The notes under the pieces were generated by a model, which searched no databases, had not been told where the DNA came from, and was given only the letters and a program-made list of their open reading frames with translations. Positions 10,008 to 20,585 of a stretch of 64,000 bases of DNA are shown piece by piece; within the stretch, counting starts at the first letter, position 1; every line of letters starts with the position of its first letter. Both the position numbers and the translations under genes were made by a program. Location of the stretch: positions 21,692 to 85,691 of IMG/VR virus record IMGVR_UViG_3300037067_014415; one strand, written 5' to 3'. This stretch comes from a virus (Duplodnaviria > Caudoviricetes).

Positions 10008-11168
10008 ATGAGAGATATTATTGAAATTTTGAACGGTTGTATGCCTACTATACTTAATAATGTAACAGATGAGTATAAGGCAATCTTTGGAGATAAGGAT
10101 TTTACTCCGTTGTCTCCTATTGAGATGAGTTCGGATTATAATTGTGGTGGGATTGCAAATGAATTAGAGTATTGCAGATCATTTTTAGATTATATCACTA
10201 GAACAAATTTGATTGATAATTTGTATAGTGATTATCTAGAGAGAGTGGTTGGCTTTTTTACAGGACTAAAAAGAACTGCTTTGGAGACAGATGCTAGTTT
10301 AATATTAAGGTTTAAGGTTTTATGTCAAAGACAGTTAAACACGTCGTGGATTACAAAGTGGATGATTCGTGATGTGTTTAAGTATTTTTTTGATGAGAGT
10401 ATTATTTATGTGATTGAGAATTATATTAATGATGAATACATGACCGATGGTGATTTTGAAAATAGCAGTGTTTTATGGACTATAACAGAGCCAGGTGCAA
10501 CAACAATTGATTTAGTAAATCATGATCATTTTATTGGGAATTACTGTATGGAATTTGTAGTTGATGCAGATGGTTCTTTGGCACAACTAAAACAAGAAAC
10601 AGCATCAACATTGCCAATTGGATACTATCAGTTTAGTTTTTTTGTGAATGATGATTTTGAATTAATACAGAATGACTTGTTAAAGGTATATGTACAAAGA
10701 AAAGATGATAATTATTATTATAATTTTTCTACCTGGCAATGGCAGGCAGATGTAACGTATTGGACAGTACAAAAGACAACAGAAAGTAGATATCAAATTA
10801 GGCAGGCATACATAGACAATCAGACAGTTGATAATTTAATCATTACTTTTGAAAACATAGGTGACACTGATATAGCACATACTTTTTGGGTAGATAATGT
10901 GCAATTAGGAACACAATTGGAGTATCCGTCTGTAAAGGTATTATTGATTAATGAAGGTCCTCAGGTTGATTTTATGAGTGCATTTCCAGGAACCACTGAT
11001 CCTGTACCGGGTGTGGATTATGATTTTGCAAGCTTTTATGGACAGTGTTTTTTATCAGGAATTGGTGGAGCGGGAACACTAATATACTATCAAAATTTAT
11101 TAAACATACTAAAGCCTACTGGTGTAAGTGCAGTGGTTGTGGTTGAAGAAAGAATATCGGAGGTTTAA
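10008..11168 (+). CDS. baseplate wedge protein with inserted carbohydrate-binding-like domain
   Basis: follows J; DGDFE...W CBM-like start; C-terminal LKPTGV motif. Confidence 0.55.
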   Translation: MRDIIEILNGCMPTILNNVTDEYKAIFGDKDFTPLSPIEMSSDYNCGGIANELEYCRSFLDYITRTNLIDNLYSDYLERVVGFFTGLKRTALETDASLILRFKVLCQRQLNTSWITKWMIRDVFKYFFDESIIYVIENYINDEYMTDGDFENSSVLWTITEPGATTIDLVNHDHFIGNYCMEFVVDADGSLAQLKQETASTLPIGYYQFSFFVNDDFELIQNDLLKVYVQRKDDNYYYNFSTWQWQADVTYWTVQKTTESRYQIRQAYIDNQTVDNLIITFENIGDTDIAHTFWVDNVQLGTQLEYPSVKVLLINEGPQVDFMSAFPGTTDPVPGVDYDFASFYGQCFLSGIGGAGTLIYYQNLLNILKPTGVSAVVVVEERISEV

Positions 11169-13373
11169 ATGGCAAATGTAATAGACTCATTAATTATTGA
11201 AGACAATGTGGTTGTAAAAGCAGTAGATATTAATTATATAGGAGAAAGCGCCGTAAATAATTTAAGTTTGCTTTTGCAACAATTATTGTATTCAAATAAA
11301 AACACAATTTTAAATGGATTAACAGTAAAGCAAAGAGGGACTCCCTCTCTGAATGTGGATGTTGAAGCAGGGTTGGCATTTGATGTGACTTTGAAACAAC
11401 TAATACATAATGGTGTTGAGTATGGACCTGTAGCATTTGAGGCAGCAGATGGATCAAATAGTAGGATTGATGTTGTACAAATCAGACAGGTTGAGGACAC
11501 ATATGATAATCAACAAAGGATATTCCGAGATCCAATTAATGGTGTTAATTCTTATGCTAATATTGATGTAAAGAATTCATATATAACAGAATTTGTTGTT
11601 AAAAAAGGAACTGCTGCGGGAAGTCCTGTTGCACCGACTGTGGATGCTGGATACATTAAATTGGCAGAGGTCACAATAGCAGCATTAGCTACTACAATTG
11701 TAAATGCAAATATTAAGAATGTCGATACTGGATATAATGGTGGAAGCAACACCGGATGGTCTACAGAGCCAACAGTGACTTTCAGGACAGAGAGTTTGTC
11801 CTTTTTAAAGGATATTTTCCGGTTAAAACATACTGAATCTGGAGATCATGGTGTCGATGTGATTCGAGATTCCAATATAGATTGGGGGATTAATGCCAAC
11901 CAGGTGGATGCAGATATTGTTCCTTTGGGTACTGCTATAAGTAATGTGCCTACTGGTGGAACTACTAGCACTTTAGCAAATACGTCATTTGTAAGAGCCG
12001 CATTAACAGAGTTATTTGCAAGGTTGCTTGATTTGTCTGGTGTTACAAATGATGCTGTAAAAGACAGACATATAGATTGGGGTGTTGGTGCTGGACAAGT
12101 AATGGCATCACGTATACCTATTTTAGATGCTGCTTTGCATTATACTGCTGCTAATATCGAAGCCGCCTTGTTAGAGGTTTGGACAAAATATGATTATGTG
12201 ATACAGAACGAAAAGGAACTTGGTGATACTGAATTGCCTGCCGGGTCAACCTATTGGAATTTCGGATCGCCTAACTTAACAAACAGCGCAGGCGTAGCAC
12301 CAACAATACGGCATAACGTTAGTTTTATACAGTCAACAGCAACACCTCCATTTTTTGCAAATCGTGGGTGTAGATATCTTAATAAAGGGTATGTTACTTG
12401 GCTGTACACATTCGCAAATGAGATGGTTTTAGCGTTAAGATTTCTTCCTAATTTTGCGTATGACTCTGGCACTGCTGTTTCTGTCTTTGATAACGGCAGC
12501 GCGTCGGGGAGCGAAGATAACGGAATGCGGCTGTATTTTTATAGTACTGCCGGAGGGTGCAAACTATGCCTGATAGTTCAGGATGATGCAACACATAGAT
12601 TTCTCATCAATACGAATGAGTATACAAATAATGGGCAATTACAAATTGAGCACTCTATATTTGTTAGAGTTTCAAAAGCAGGTAATAATGTTGACTTATA
12701 TGTAAACGGGGCGCTTATTGTCAACGGAGTAAATGGGACGGTAACAATATTAGGAGGAGCAGCCGCCATAACAGGGATAGACCTAACTACAAAAACAGAA
12801 ATTGCGTTAGGGTGTGTTAGTTGGACGGAGGCGTATAGTTCCTTTTCAGCTACTAATTTTTATATACAAGATTTATGGATCAACCCCGTTTATGCGACAA
12901 CCTACCTTGCCGACTGGACACCCGCAACACAAAAACCCTATTTCATCCCCGCCTCATGGTTATCCGGATACAAACAAAACTGGCAAATAACAGCCGAGGG
13001 GGACTGCGGTTTTAGAAATGGATCATTTGAAACTATCAACATAAATAGTGTTGATACCGGTGGCGGACAGGAAAAAACTAAAAAAATACCAATTGGCGTA
13101 TGGGATATGAACGCAACAGCAACTGTAAATATTACACACGGGGTAGCTCTAAATAAAATTTTATCTATAACAGCAATGATTATCAATGATACGCTATCCC
13201 AAATATTTGATCTTGTATACAGTAGTGGAACAGCGAATGTAAATGGGTCTATTCAGTCCATTGATGGAAGCATAGTGATATTAGCAAGACACGCAGGAGC
13301 GGGGTTTACTAGTGCGTTATATAATGATGGAACGATAAATAGAGGATACGTTACTTTTAAATATTTAGTATAG
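11169..13373 (+). CDS. tail fibre / receptor-binding protein with LamG/ConA-like domain
   Basis: 734 aa; N-terminal SRIDVVQI attachment motif; duplicated IDWG...QV.A motif; LYVNG beta-sandwich segment. Confidence 0.75.
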   Translation: MANVIDSLIIEDNVVVKAVDINYIGESAVNNLSLLLQQLLYSNKNTILNGLTVKQRGTPSLNVDVEAGLAFDVTLKQLIHNGVEYGPVAFEAADGSNSRIDVVQIRQVEDTYDNQQRIFRDPINGVNSYANIDVKNSYITEFVVKKGTAAGSPVAPTVDAGYIKLAEVTIAALATTIVNANIKNVDTGYNGGSNTGWSTEPTVTFRTESLSFLKDIFRLKHTESGDHGVDVIRDSNIDWGINANQVDADIVPLGTAISNVPTGGTTSTLANTSFVRAALTELFARLLDLSGVTNDAVKDRHIDWGVGAGQVMASRIPILDAALHYTAANIEAALLEVWTKYDYVIQNEKELGDTELPAGSTYWNFGSPNLTNSAGVAPTIRHNVSFIQSTATPPFFANRGCRYLNKGYVTWLYTFANEMVLALRFLPNFAYDSGTAVSVFDNGSASGSEDNGMRLYFYSTAGGCKLCLIVQDDATHRFLINTNEYTNNGQLQIEHSIFVRVSKAGNNVDLYVNGALIVNGVNGTVTILGGAAAITGIDLTTKTEIALGCVSWTEAYSSFSATNFYIQDLWINPVYATTYLADWTPATQKPYFIPASWLSGYKQNWQITAEGDCGFRNGSFETININSVDTGGGQEKTKKIPIGVWDMNATATVNITHGVALNKILSITAMIINDTLSQIFDLVYSSGTANVNGSIQSIDGSIVILARHAGAGFTSALYNDGTINRGYVTFKYLV

Positions 13374-13384
13374 GAGTTTAAATT

Positions 13385-13801
13385 ATGGCATTGACAAAAA
13401 ATTATAATTACAAGGGTATTGAATTACCCGAAGCTTATTTTTCTCTTCACGATGTAAGGACAGATTACAAATTTAGAAAAAGTTTTACAGATGATAATGG
13501 AAATTCGACCAGCATAAAAGGCCGGGCTATGGTTGATATCGGAGTGTATCAAAATAAAGAGGCTTATCAAAGAGGCGATCAAGCATTAGAAGTTATCCCT
13601 GATATCCCGTTTGAAGGTGAAAACTTTGTGTATGATCCGGAAATTAGGCCAACAATCACCGGTGCAAAGTCTTATAAAAATGGTGGCGAGAAGGATAACC
13701 CCTACGATGTAAACGATCAAAGATGGCCCATATATTGCCAGTTAAAAAAATTAAAACCAAAAAATTCACAATTGGATTTTAGCACAGCAAAAGACTGTTA
13801 A
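13385..13801 (+). CDS. putative tail fibre accessory/chaperone protein
   Basis: small ORF after the fibre gene sharing its atypical base composition. Confidence 0.45.
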   Translation: MALTKNYNYKGIELPEAYFSLHDVRTDYKFRKSFTDDNGNSTSIKGRAMVDIGVYQNKEAYQRGDQALEVIPDIPFEGENFVYDPEIRPTITGAKSYKNGGEKDNPYDVNDQRWPIYCQLKKLKPKNSQLDFSTAKDC

Positions 13802-13814
13802 AAAAGGAGTAATC

Positions 13815-14237
13815 ATGGAAACAAAAGTAAAAACAAATCAGGTAAAAGAATTGCTTAAGCGAGCACCCTATCTATGTGGGTGTGTGGAGCCGGAACGTGT
13901 ATCACATATGTTTACACTACTGTATGATACTACAGCAGTGGGGGACAGTGCTTTTGATAGATCAAAGGCAGATATGACAATTGTGGATAATCGCATACGG
14001 TTAATTGACCTCACTAGTCCTTTTTTCCAGGCAGAAAAACCAGAAGTGGCTAAAAAGATCAAAGCGCTTTTGATTATTTGTATGTGGAGTGGGTATTTCC
14101 GGAAGGGGTATGTATCAAAAGAAGAGTTGGATAGTGTTATTGTTGCAAACAAGGAAGCAGCGCAGGCACCTATTCCAGAAGTGGATGCAATTATGGATTA
14201 TTCAGCCGCCTTGTCTATTTGGTGGTGGTTGATATGA
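13815..14237 (+). CDS. hypothetical protein
   Basis: 140 aa ORF with AAGGAG RBS. Confidence 0.6.
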   Translation: METKVKTNQVKELLKRAPYLCGCVEPERVSHMFTLLYDTTAVGDSAFDRSKADMTIVDNRIRLIDLTSPFFQAEKPEVAKKIKALLIICMWSGYFRKGYVSKEELDSVIVANKEAAQAPIPEVDAIMDYSAALSIWWWLI

Positions 14238-14851
14238 AAGAAGGCATGATTAAGCAAACCAGTATGTTATTGTTTATTGTTGGAATAATAACGCTAGTGT
14301 TTATATTAATATCATGCTATTTACAAGAACAAATTACAAGCACACAGGTATTTACTGTGTGCTTTCTTTTTGTTGGTGTTGTTTTTTCTTTGCTTGGCAT
14401 AAAATATACTGGTTTTTTAATAAAATTATTTCATGTTTTAACATGTTATAGTTGTTTAGTGTTTTCGCTACTAAATGACCCTCTTTCAATTGCAGCAATT
14501 GTTTTTTTAATTATTACATATTTTTTATGCAAAGAGTATGAATTTATTCAAAAGTATAAAAAGGTTATGATTGTCCTCATTATAGGATATGTGTACATTA
14601 CATGTTTCTCTGTGTTATTTTTTAAAAAAACATGGAGTAGTTTTTTATCATTCAATTTTTTGTCTGTGTTTCTTATTTCTTTTTTAGAAAACATGCAAAA
14701 AAGAAATGAAGATAATATAATCACAATACTGGAAAAAAGTGAAACAGTATTAGATAAAATGGTAGTTCACAGCAAAGAAATATTGCATAAATTGGAAAAG
14801 TATGAGCATATTATAATTGAAGAGAGTAATAAAAATGCCAATAGAAGATAA
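14234..14851 (+). CDS. multi-pass membrane protein (about 6 TM) with C-terminal coiled coil
   Basis: hydrophobic segments; ATGA overlap with the upstream stop. Confidence 0.65.
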   Translation: MKEGMIKQTSMLLFIVGIITLVFILISCYLQEQITSTQVFTVCFLFVGVVFSLLGIKYTGFLIKLFHVLTCYSCLVFSLLNDPLSIAAIVFLIITYFLCKEYEFIQKYKKVMIVLIIGYVYITCFSVLFFKKTWSSFLSFNFLSVFLISFLENMQKRNEDNIITILEKSETVLDKMVVHSKEILHKLEKYEHIIIEESNKNANRR

Positions 14852-15071
14852 AATTGATGCAATTCAAATGATTAAAGATATCGCTGCTTGTGCAACACGG
14901 CAAGAAGGGTATGAAAAAGAACAGGTACAGGTAAAAGCGGATATTGCAGAAATAAAAAACAGCCGAAAAGAAAGCACAAAATATTTAATCACAACAATTA
15001 TATCTATATTAGCATTTGCACTGGGTGCTTTAGGTGTCATTCAAAAATTGTTTGAAAAAAAGGCACCTTAG
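14835..15071 (+). CDS. holin-like small protein with C-terminal TM helix
   Basis: coiled N-terminus, one TM, basic tail, in lysis region. Confidence 0.5.
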   Translation: MPIEDKIDAIQMIKDIAACATRQEGYEKEQVQVKADIAEIKNSRKESTKYLITTIISILAFALGALGVIQKLFEKKAP

Positions 15072-15072
15072 T

Positions 15073-15792
15073 ATGAAAAAAGAATATACTGAATTTATTA
15101 AAGAGTGTGGTGGTTTGGAATTTCCAAACATCTTTTTTCATCCAGGGGCCAGGGAAATATCAGATTTTGGTTTAATTAATCATTATAAAATGATTGATGG
15201 TGTTCGGGTATGGGGATACCCTGGTATACACTTTGGCATAGACCTGGGTAATTCACACATCATAAAAGATGGATATATAAACCACTTATACTCTCCTTTT
15301 ATGTTTGAAAAATCCACTATGGTTTATCGATATATAAGTATGATTGAACTATTTCATAAATTTGGGTTTATAATGAAATTGTTTCATTGTAATCCTAAAT
15401 GGGTAGAATTAGAATTACTGCAAAGTGGAAAAGAAATAAAAAAAGGAACTAAATTAGGATTAATTGGAAACTATAATGCACCGGTTAATGAGACATTAGT
15501 GCATTCTGAAATAGTGTCTATTGATGGATATTGTATTTCTGATTTTTTAGAATATGTGTTAAGAGAAAAGTATGGTGATACTAATTTTCAAATAACTTTG
15601 AATGATGTTATTTCAGTGTATCGAAAATGTAGCAGAACATTATTTTGGAAAGAAGACCAAATAAAAAAAGATTATGAACAATTGCGTTTAGATAACAATA
15701 TTCGATTGTTGAATAAATTTAAAATTATATATAAAGACAGTACTGGAATTGAAAAAACATATTATTCCAGTAAATATTTGTTTGGAATATAA
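15073..15792 (+). CDS. M23-family peptidase-like protein
   Basis: HFGID (HxxxD) and IKKGTKLGLIGN...VHSEI motifs. Confidence 0.6.
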   Translation: MKKEYTEFIKECGGLEFPNIFFHPGAREISDFGLINHYKMIDGVRVWGYPGIHFGIDLGNSHIIKDGYINHLYSPFMFEKSTMVYRYISMIELFHKFGFIMKLFHCNPKWVELELLQSGKEIKKGTKLGLIGNYNAPVNETLVHSEIVSIDGYCISDFLEYVLREKYGDTNFQITLNDVISVYRKCSRTLFWKEDQIKKDYEQLRLDNNIRLLNKFKIIYKDSTGIEKTYYSSKYLFGI

Positions 15793-15805
15793 AAGGAGTA
15801 AGAGT

Positions 15806-16426
15806 ATGCAGATTAATAATGTACACGCAGTGAATTTTTTTATGAAAAAAGGGGAGCTTGATCCAGGAGCAAAGCTGATTGAAACACTATTGAATGAAAT
15901 CAATAAACCGGAACATTATCCGGGATATCCTAGATATAACACACTAAAATCTATTAGGAAAATGGGGTTGAGTCCTACACCCGGTATGGAGCCGGATACA
16001 ACATGGTGTATATATGTTGCATTTTATGTGATTGAAAAAATGGGATTTGATGCCAGACCATTTACAGACCAGGCACAACCAGAAGAGATTGCAATTTTCT
16101 ATACAGATGGGAATGAAATGCCACAGTGTGCCATCGATGCTACAAAAAAAGGTATTGTAAAAGAAGTAACTGAAAAAGAAGCATATGATTTAGCCAATAT
16201 TGGAATTCCTGTGTTATGTGCATCTCGTGGAAAAATGGGGGCAAATAATATAAGAGGAACAGGCCATGTTGCTATTGTAGCACCTGATTATAATAGTTAT
16301 ATGCCGAGTAGAATAATGATTGGTCAGGCTGGTGGTTCAAATGGCTTTTTCTCGGTAAATGAACAATTTCCTTTGAATTTAGTAGAAGCACCTCGGTATT
16401 TTGTACCAAACAAGCATAAAGCATGA
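15806..16426 (+). CDS. endolysin, CHAP/NlpC-P60-type cysteine peptidase
   Basis: TWCIYVA...GHVAIV Cys/His dyad. Confidence 0.7.
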   Translation: MQINNVHAVNFFMKKGELDPGAKLIETLLNEINKPEHYPGYPRYNTLKSIRKMGLSPTPGMEPDTTWCIYVAFYVIEKMGFDARPFTDQAQPEEIAIFYTDGNEMPQCAIDATKKGIVKEVTEKEAYDLANIGIPVLCASRGKMGANNIRGTGHVAIVAPDYNSYMPSRIMIGQAGGSNGFFSVNEQFPLNLVEAPRYFVPNKHKA

Positions 16427-16647
16427 AAAAGTTAAAGCTTGGTAAAACATTTACTACATTAATTGTACTTGCCTTTTGTGTGATAGGAATCATCATATTA
16501 TTTTCAAAAGAGTCAACAGAAAAAATGAGTAATTTTGAAAGATTGGTGCAGTTATTATTCCCTTACCTGATTCCTATTCTGGGGGGTGTTGCAATTAATG
16601 GTACAATAAAAAGCATCAAAAATTTATTAAAAAAGAGTGATAAATGA
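16423..16647 (+). CDS. holin-like two-TM protein
   Basis: 74 aa, two hydrophobic helices, basic C-terminus, next to the endolysin. Confidence 0.6.
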   Translation: MKKLKLGKTFTTLIVLAFCVIGIIILFSKESTEKMSNFERLVQLLFPYLIPILGGVAINGTIKSIKNLLKKSDK

Positions 16648-17342
16648 AAAAAGTATTACTTTTAGGTAATGGTATATCTAGATTACTGTACAAAGACTAT
16701 ATAAATAAGTGGAAAGGTGAAATTTGGGCATGTAATCGTGCTTTTTTAGAGTATGGAGATAGAATTACCAGGATTGCCGGACATGATGAGGTTATGGAAG
16801 AGGCAGCAGCATATAGAAAAAAGCATGGGTTTAGTTACAAAATATATGCAAAGAATAATGTAGCTGATATACAATTAACATGTCCAAAGCAATTTTGGGT
16901 GTGCAGTGGGATCACGCTAGTATCACAGGCATTATTTGAAGGGTATAACGTCTTTTTATGTGGTTTTGATATGGGAGGGAAAGATGTTCACTCTCCTAAC
17001 CATGATACCGTGAATGTCGTATTTTGGGTTCGTAATTGGAGAAAAGTAGCGGCAGCCTTTACTTTAGATAATGTAACTTTTATTGGGTATAACCATAAAC
17101 CATATATTTTAAGTGATGAGACCCCTTATAAGTATGAAAAATTGTATATTAATGGAATTGCACATATTCCGGGAGATGCATATTGTAAAATACATAAAGA
17201 ATTTGTGGAAAAAGAAGGTAAAGCATTTCCAATAAAGTCTGGTTGTGTACTGGTCAGGCACATTAATGGAACTGTCCGGCAACATGGAATTAAATTAGCA
17301 AATGTTTTGGTTGCTCAAAAGAAAGGAGTAATTGTATGTTAA
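16644..17342 (+). CDS. glycosyltransferase-like protein (Maf/DUF115 or sialyltransferase-type fold)
   Basis: LLGNGISR...CN...SG...LCGFD motif series. Confidence 0.55.
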   Translation: MKKVLLLGNGISRLLYKDYINKWKGEIWACNRAFLEYGDRITRIAGHDEVMEEAAAYRKKHGFSYKIYAKNNVADIQLTCPKQFWVCSGITLVSQALFEGYNVFLCGFDMGGKDVHSPNHDTVNVVFWVRNWRKVAAAFTLDNVTFIGYNHKPYILSDETPYKYEKLYINGIAHIPGDAYCKIHKEFVEKEGKAFPIKSGCVLVRHINGTVRQHGIKLANVLVAQKKGVIVC

Positions 17343-18034
17343 AAGGAGAAACTGGCGCAATACAAGTTGTTGATTTTGAAAGAAAAGGGGATATTGATAT
17401 TTATGGACTGACTATAGTTGAAGATAGTAATAGTGTTTCTGTAAAACCAGCTGCAAAAAAACATGGAAATTATGGGATGGAATTAAAGTGGTCTGGATCT
17501 AGTGCTATTAATCATATATATCAAAATATTGGTGAACAAAGTGAAGTTTATTTTCGGATGTATATAAAAATACTATCTGATTTTGTGATAGCAAAGGATG
17601 AGTTTATTGAAATTTGTTCATTAAATACAGATAATACTGGTTTAGGGGATGCTTTAATAACAGCATTATTATATCAAGGTAATTATTCAATTGGATTATT
17701 GTTTTTAAATGGTAGTTGGGACTCTGATAGTTCACCAGACAGTGACACTTTTTATGAGTTAGACCGTGATGTGTGGTATATGCTTGAGATAAGATTTAAA
17801 AAAGATTATCCAGGAGGCTCACAATTCTGGTTAGATAATGAATTAATGTATAGTGATTTGGGGAAAAGTCCCACAGATTCTATATATTACGTTGTAGTTG
17901 GAAATGTAAATGGTACAGATGTGCCAAATGCAGATTCAATTATCTATGTTGATGATATTGTGGTAAATGATGAAAAGGTTGGACCTTACGCAGTCAATCA
18001 ATCTGGAAATAAAATGATTTTTTTGGAGGATTAA
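17336..18034 (+). CDS. ConA-like lectin / polysaccharide-lyase-fold protein
   Basis: YFRMYI, WYMLEI, FWLDN, IYVDDIVV beta-sandwich pattern. Confidence 0.5.
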   Translation: MLKGETGAIQVVDFERKGDIDIYGLTIVEDSNSVSVKPAAKKHGNYGMELKWSGSSAINHIYQNIGEQSEVYFRMYIKILSDFVIAKDEFIEICSLNTDNTGLGDALITALLYQGNYSIGLLFLNGSWDSDSSPDSDTFYELDRDVWYMLEIRFKKDYPGGSQFWLDNELMYSDLGKSPTDSIYYVVVGNVNGTDVPNADSIIYVDDIVVNDEKVGPYAVNQSGNKMIFLED

Positions 18035-18304
18035 ATGGCAACAAGACAGCATGGAATACACACTTTGTCTGTAGCAGACGAAGAAATAAAAGGGATTGGT
18101 GGGAAGTTTAATTTACGGTGGGTGTCTGTTAGTGCAGATGCTGGGGATTCTCTTGTGCTGCAAGATGATGAAGGAAATAATATTTGGGAGTCTGTTGCTG
18201 GTGGGGCAAACCATATTGATGTTTTTCCAATAAAACTTAAAAAAAGTATGAATTTACTATTGAAAGTAATAGATTCTGGTGTATTATATATATACGAAAT
18301 GTAA
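18035..18304 (+). CDS. small beta-rich protein, possibly virion-associated
   Basis: 89 aa, last gene of the late operon before the terminator. Confidence 0.5.
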   Translation: MATRQHGIHTLSVADEEIKGIGGKFNLRWVSVSADAGDSLVLQDDEGNNIWESVAGGANHIDVFPIKLKKSMNLLLKVIDSGVLYIYEM

Positions 18305-18333
18305 AAAGCCACGCTCCTTCCTTTTATAACTTT

Positions 18334-18371
18334 GGGAAGCGCACTCCTCACCTGGTGCCTTCCCTTTTTTT
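18334..18371 (+). terminator. intrinsic terminator ending the structural/lysis operon
   Basis: GGGAAG-C-GCAC / GTGC-CTTCCC stem followed by T7. Confidence 0.75.
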
Positions 18372-18400
18372 GCACAAAATAAAAATAAATAAAAAAGTAC

Positions 18401-18429
18401 TTGACATTAACATTTAATTACATTATACT
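18401..18429 (+). promoter_or_regulatory. sigma70-type promoter P1
   Basis: TTGACA-17 nt-TATACT, A-rich upstream sequence. Confidence 0.9.
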
Positions 18430-18475
18430 TTTACTTATGCTGATTAAAAAGATCAGCTGGATAAGGAGTAAGGAA

Positions 18476-18691
18476 ATGAGAAAAATTATAGGAAGATTGA
18501 ATGGCAAAGAAATCGAAATGGCCACAAATGACAGCTCAAATAATCTATTTTTACGGCTACAGGATGGCAGCTGGATGCAAATGAATTCCGCTTCAAATGT
18601 CACCGTCAATGTAATCAAAAAGGAAATTAGAGCGAGATTTAATAATCTTGATATGGCCGGAAAAATAACATACGACTTAAAAAACTTTTAA
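18476..18691 (+). CDS. first early hypothetical protein
   Basis: ATG after AAGGAG/AAGGA, downstream of P1. Confidence 0.65.
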   Translation: MRKIIGRLNGKEIEMATNDSSNNLFLRLQDGSWMQMNSASNVTVNVIKKEIRARFNNLDMAGKITYDLKNF

Positions 18692-18745
18692 TGAATCACA
18701 CCGGCGCGAGCCAGTAAAGGAGAATGAGAATGAGGATGATAGAAG

Positions 18746-20455
18746 ATGAGATTAAGAGATTTTGAAACCGGGACAAAAGTATGGGTGTATAAAAATTGGA
18801 AATATCAAGATTTTTTTTCACCCCCAGAGAGAAAATATATCGGCCATATAATTTTTAATTTTATTAGAGATAATCGTAGATTAGGATGCTCTCATAATCA
18901 CAGAATTATGAAAGGTATTGTGATAGATGGAAAAGATGTCTTTGATGATCCTAATTATGATAAGATTAGTCAAAGTATGATTTCTAGAGATAAAATCATT
19001 AGGTTAAATTCCTTAAAATTGGTAAAGTTTGGATGTGATTATGAGGATTAAAAATAATTTAATAACGATTGAAATAGATTTTCATGCTTGGTTTTATAAT
19101 AATAATATGTTTATGGTTAATTTATCATTATTTAAATTAACCATAAAATATTGCGAGGATAAAAAAACCATCGATGAAATCTATATAAAAATATTAATAT
19201 TTTCAATTGATGTTTTGTTTAAATATTATAAAAAATGGGGGGATACATGAAACCTAAATCTATTACATTTAATATGCCTTAATGTAAGCCCGTCCTGCCG
19301 GGTAATAGGAAGGAAAAGGATTTTTTATGGATAAACTAAAAGCATTTGAATTGTTAAAGGTTAATTTTGGTGGGTGTATTAGTGACAATGAAAGTGGAAT
19401 TTCAATTTGGCAAAAAGGATTTTCTGATAAAGTTGTTACAGTAGAAAGTGTTTTTATAAACTCAGTAGAAACCTTACAGGTGAAAGTATCAGACAAACGA
19501 AATTCAATGCCAATTAGTACATCAATTATCGGATTGATCAGTATTATAGCAAAAATATTAAAAGTGGATATGGGGAAATTAAATTATGGAGTATGAGTCT
19601 AAATTATACATTGTGGAAAAATCATCTTGTTATGATTCAGAATTAGAAAAGGTGTTTGCACAAATAATTTGTATGTATAATTTATCAAACACTTTTCCAG
19701 AATTTAAACATTTTATAAATGAATGTTTACCAACTGATTGTTATATTTATATTGATTCAAAACGTACAATAAAAGATGAATATGATAGTCCTTTAGTGGA
19801 GTTGCCAATTAAAGACCTTTTAGAAGTGTTGGTTCAAGAAACAAAACATGAAGATAAACATTATCATAGCCAATTAATGCCATTAATTGCATTGCTAAAA
19901 GTATTTAAATCAAGGAAAAACATAGCAATTTTACATTATGGGTATTGAAAAAAAGGAGGAGTGTAAAAAAGTGAAAATTGAAAACAGTTCCAGGATAAGA
20001 ATTTTATTAAATGAACTAGAGCAGGTAAAGAAAAAGCTTAGTGATATAGACTTTTTTGAACGTGAAAAGAAAAATATTTCTAAACTTATTGCTTCTGGAT
20101 CAGATAATGTGGTTATAGATATTAATGCAAAACAAGCAGCTATAATTCTGAATGTCATTAAAAAAGACTTTTTAGAAGAACAACAGAAAATAGAAATTGA
20201 ATTAAGTGGTCTATAATGAATACTTTATATATAAGACCGTCAAAACACAGTGTTCTGAATTACATGAAAAGCCATATTGAACCATATAATTTAACCAAAT
20301 TTCTATCTGAATGTGATGTTGATGAACTGTTTGACCTGTTGAATAATTTTGTACCAACAGTATCCGCAGCACAGGCAGGAGAGATGATAAACGCTATTTT
20401 TGACAATTTAGAAGTTAAAATGGAACCAGAAGCATATAGAATATTGGAAGGGTGA
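18746..20455 (+). other. cluster of six small early hypothetical ORFs (18746, 19029, 19327, 19586, 19938, 20216)
   Basis: abutting or overlapping + strand ORFs of 73-120 aa; no recognisable family. Confidence 0.6.
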
Positions 20456-20585
20456 TTATAAGGCTGCCCAGCGCCTCTAAATAAGGGGTATTTTTAATCT
20501 TATAGGGTAGAGTGGTGTACAAGTATCACTTTATACTTGAACGTTTATTATAGAGCATTTTAGATGTGTTGAAAGGAGTAAATTT

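Noticed and set aside
11169-13373. Diversity-generating retroelement acting on the tail fibre
   Set aside because: No reverse transcriptase and no TR/VR-like duplicated segment seen in the window
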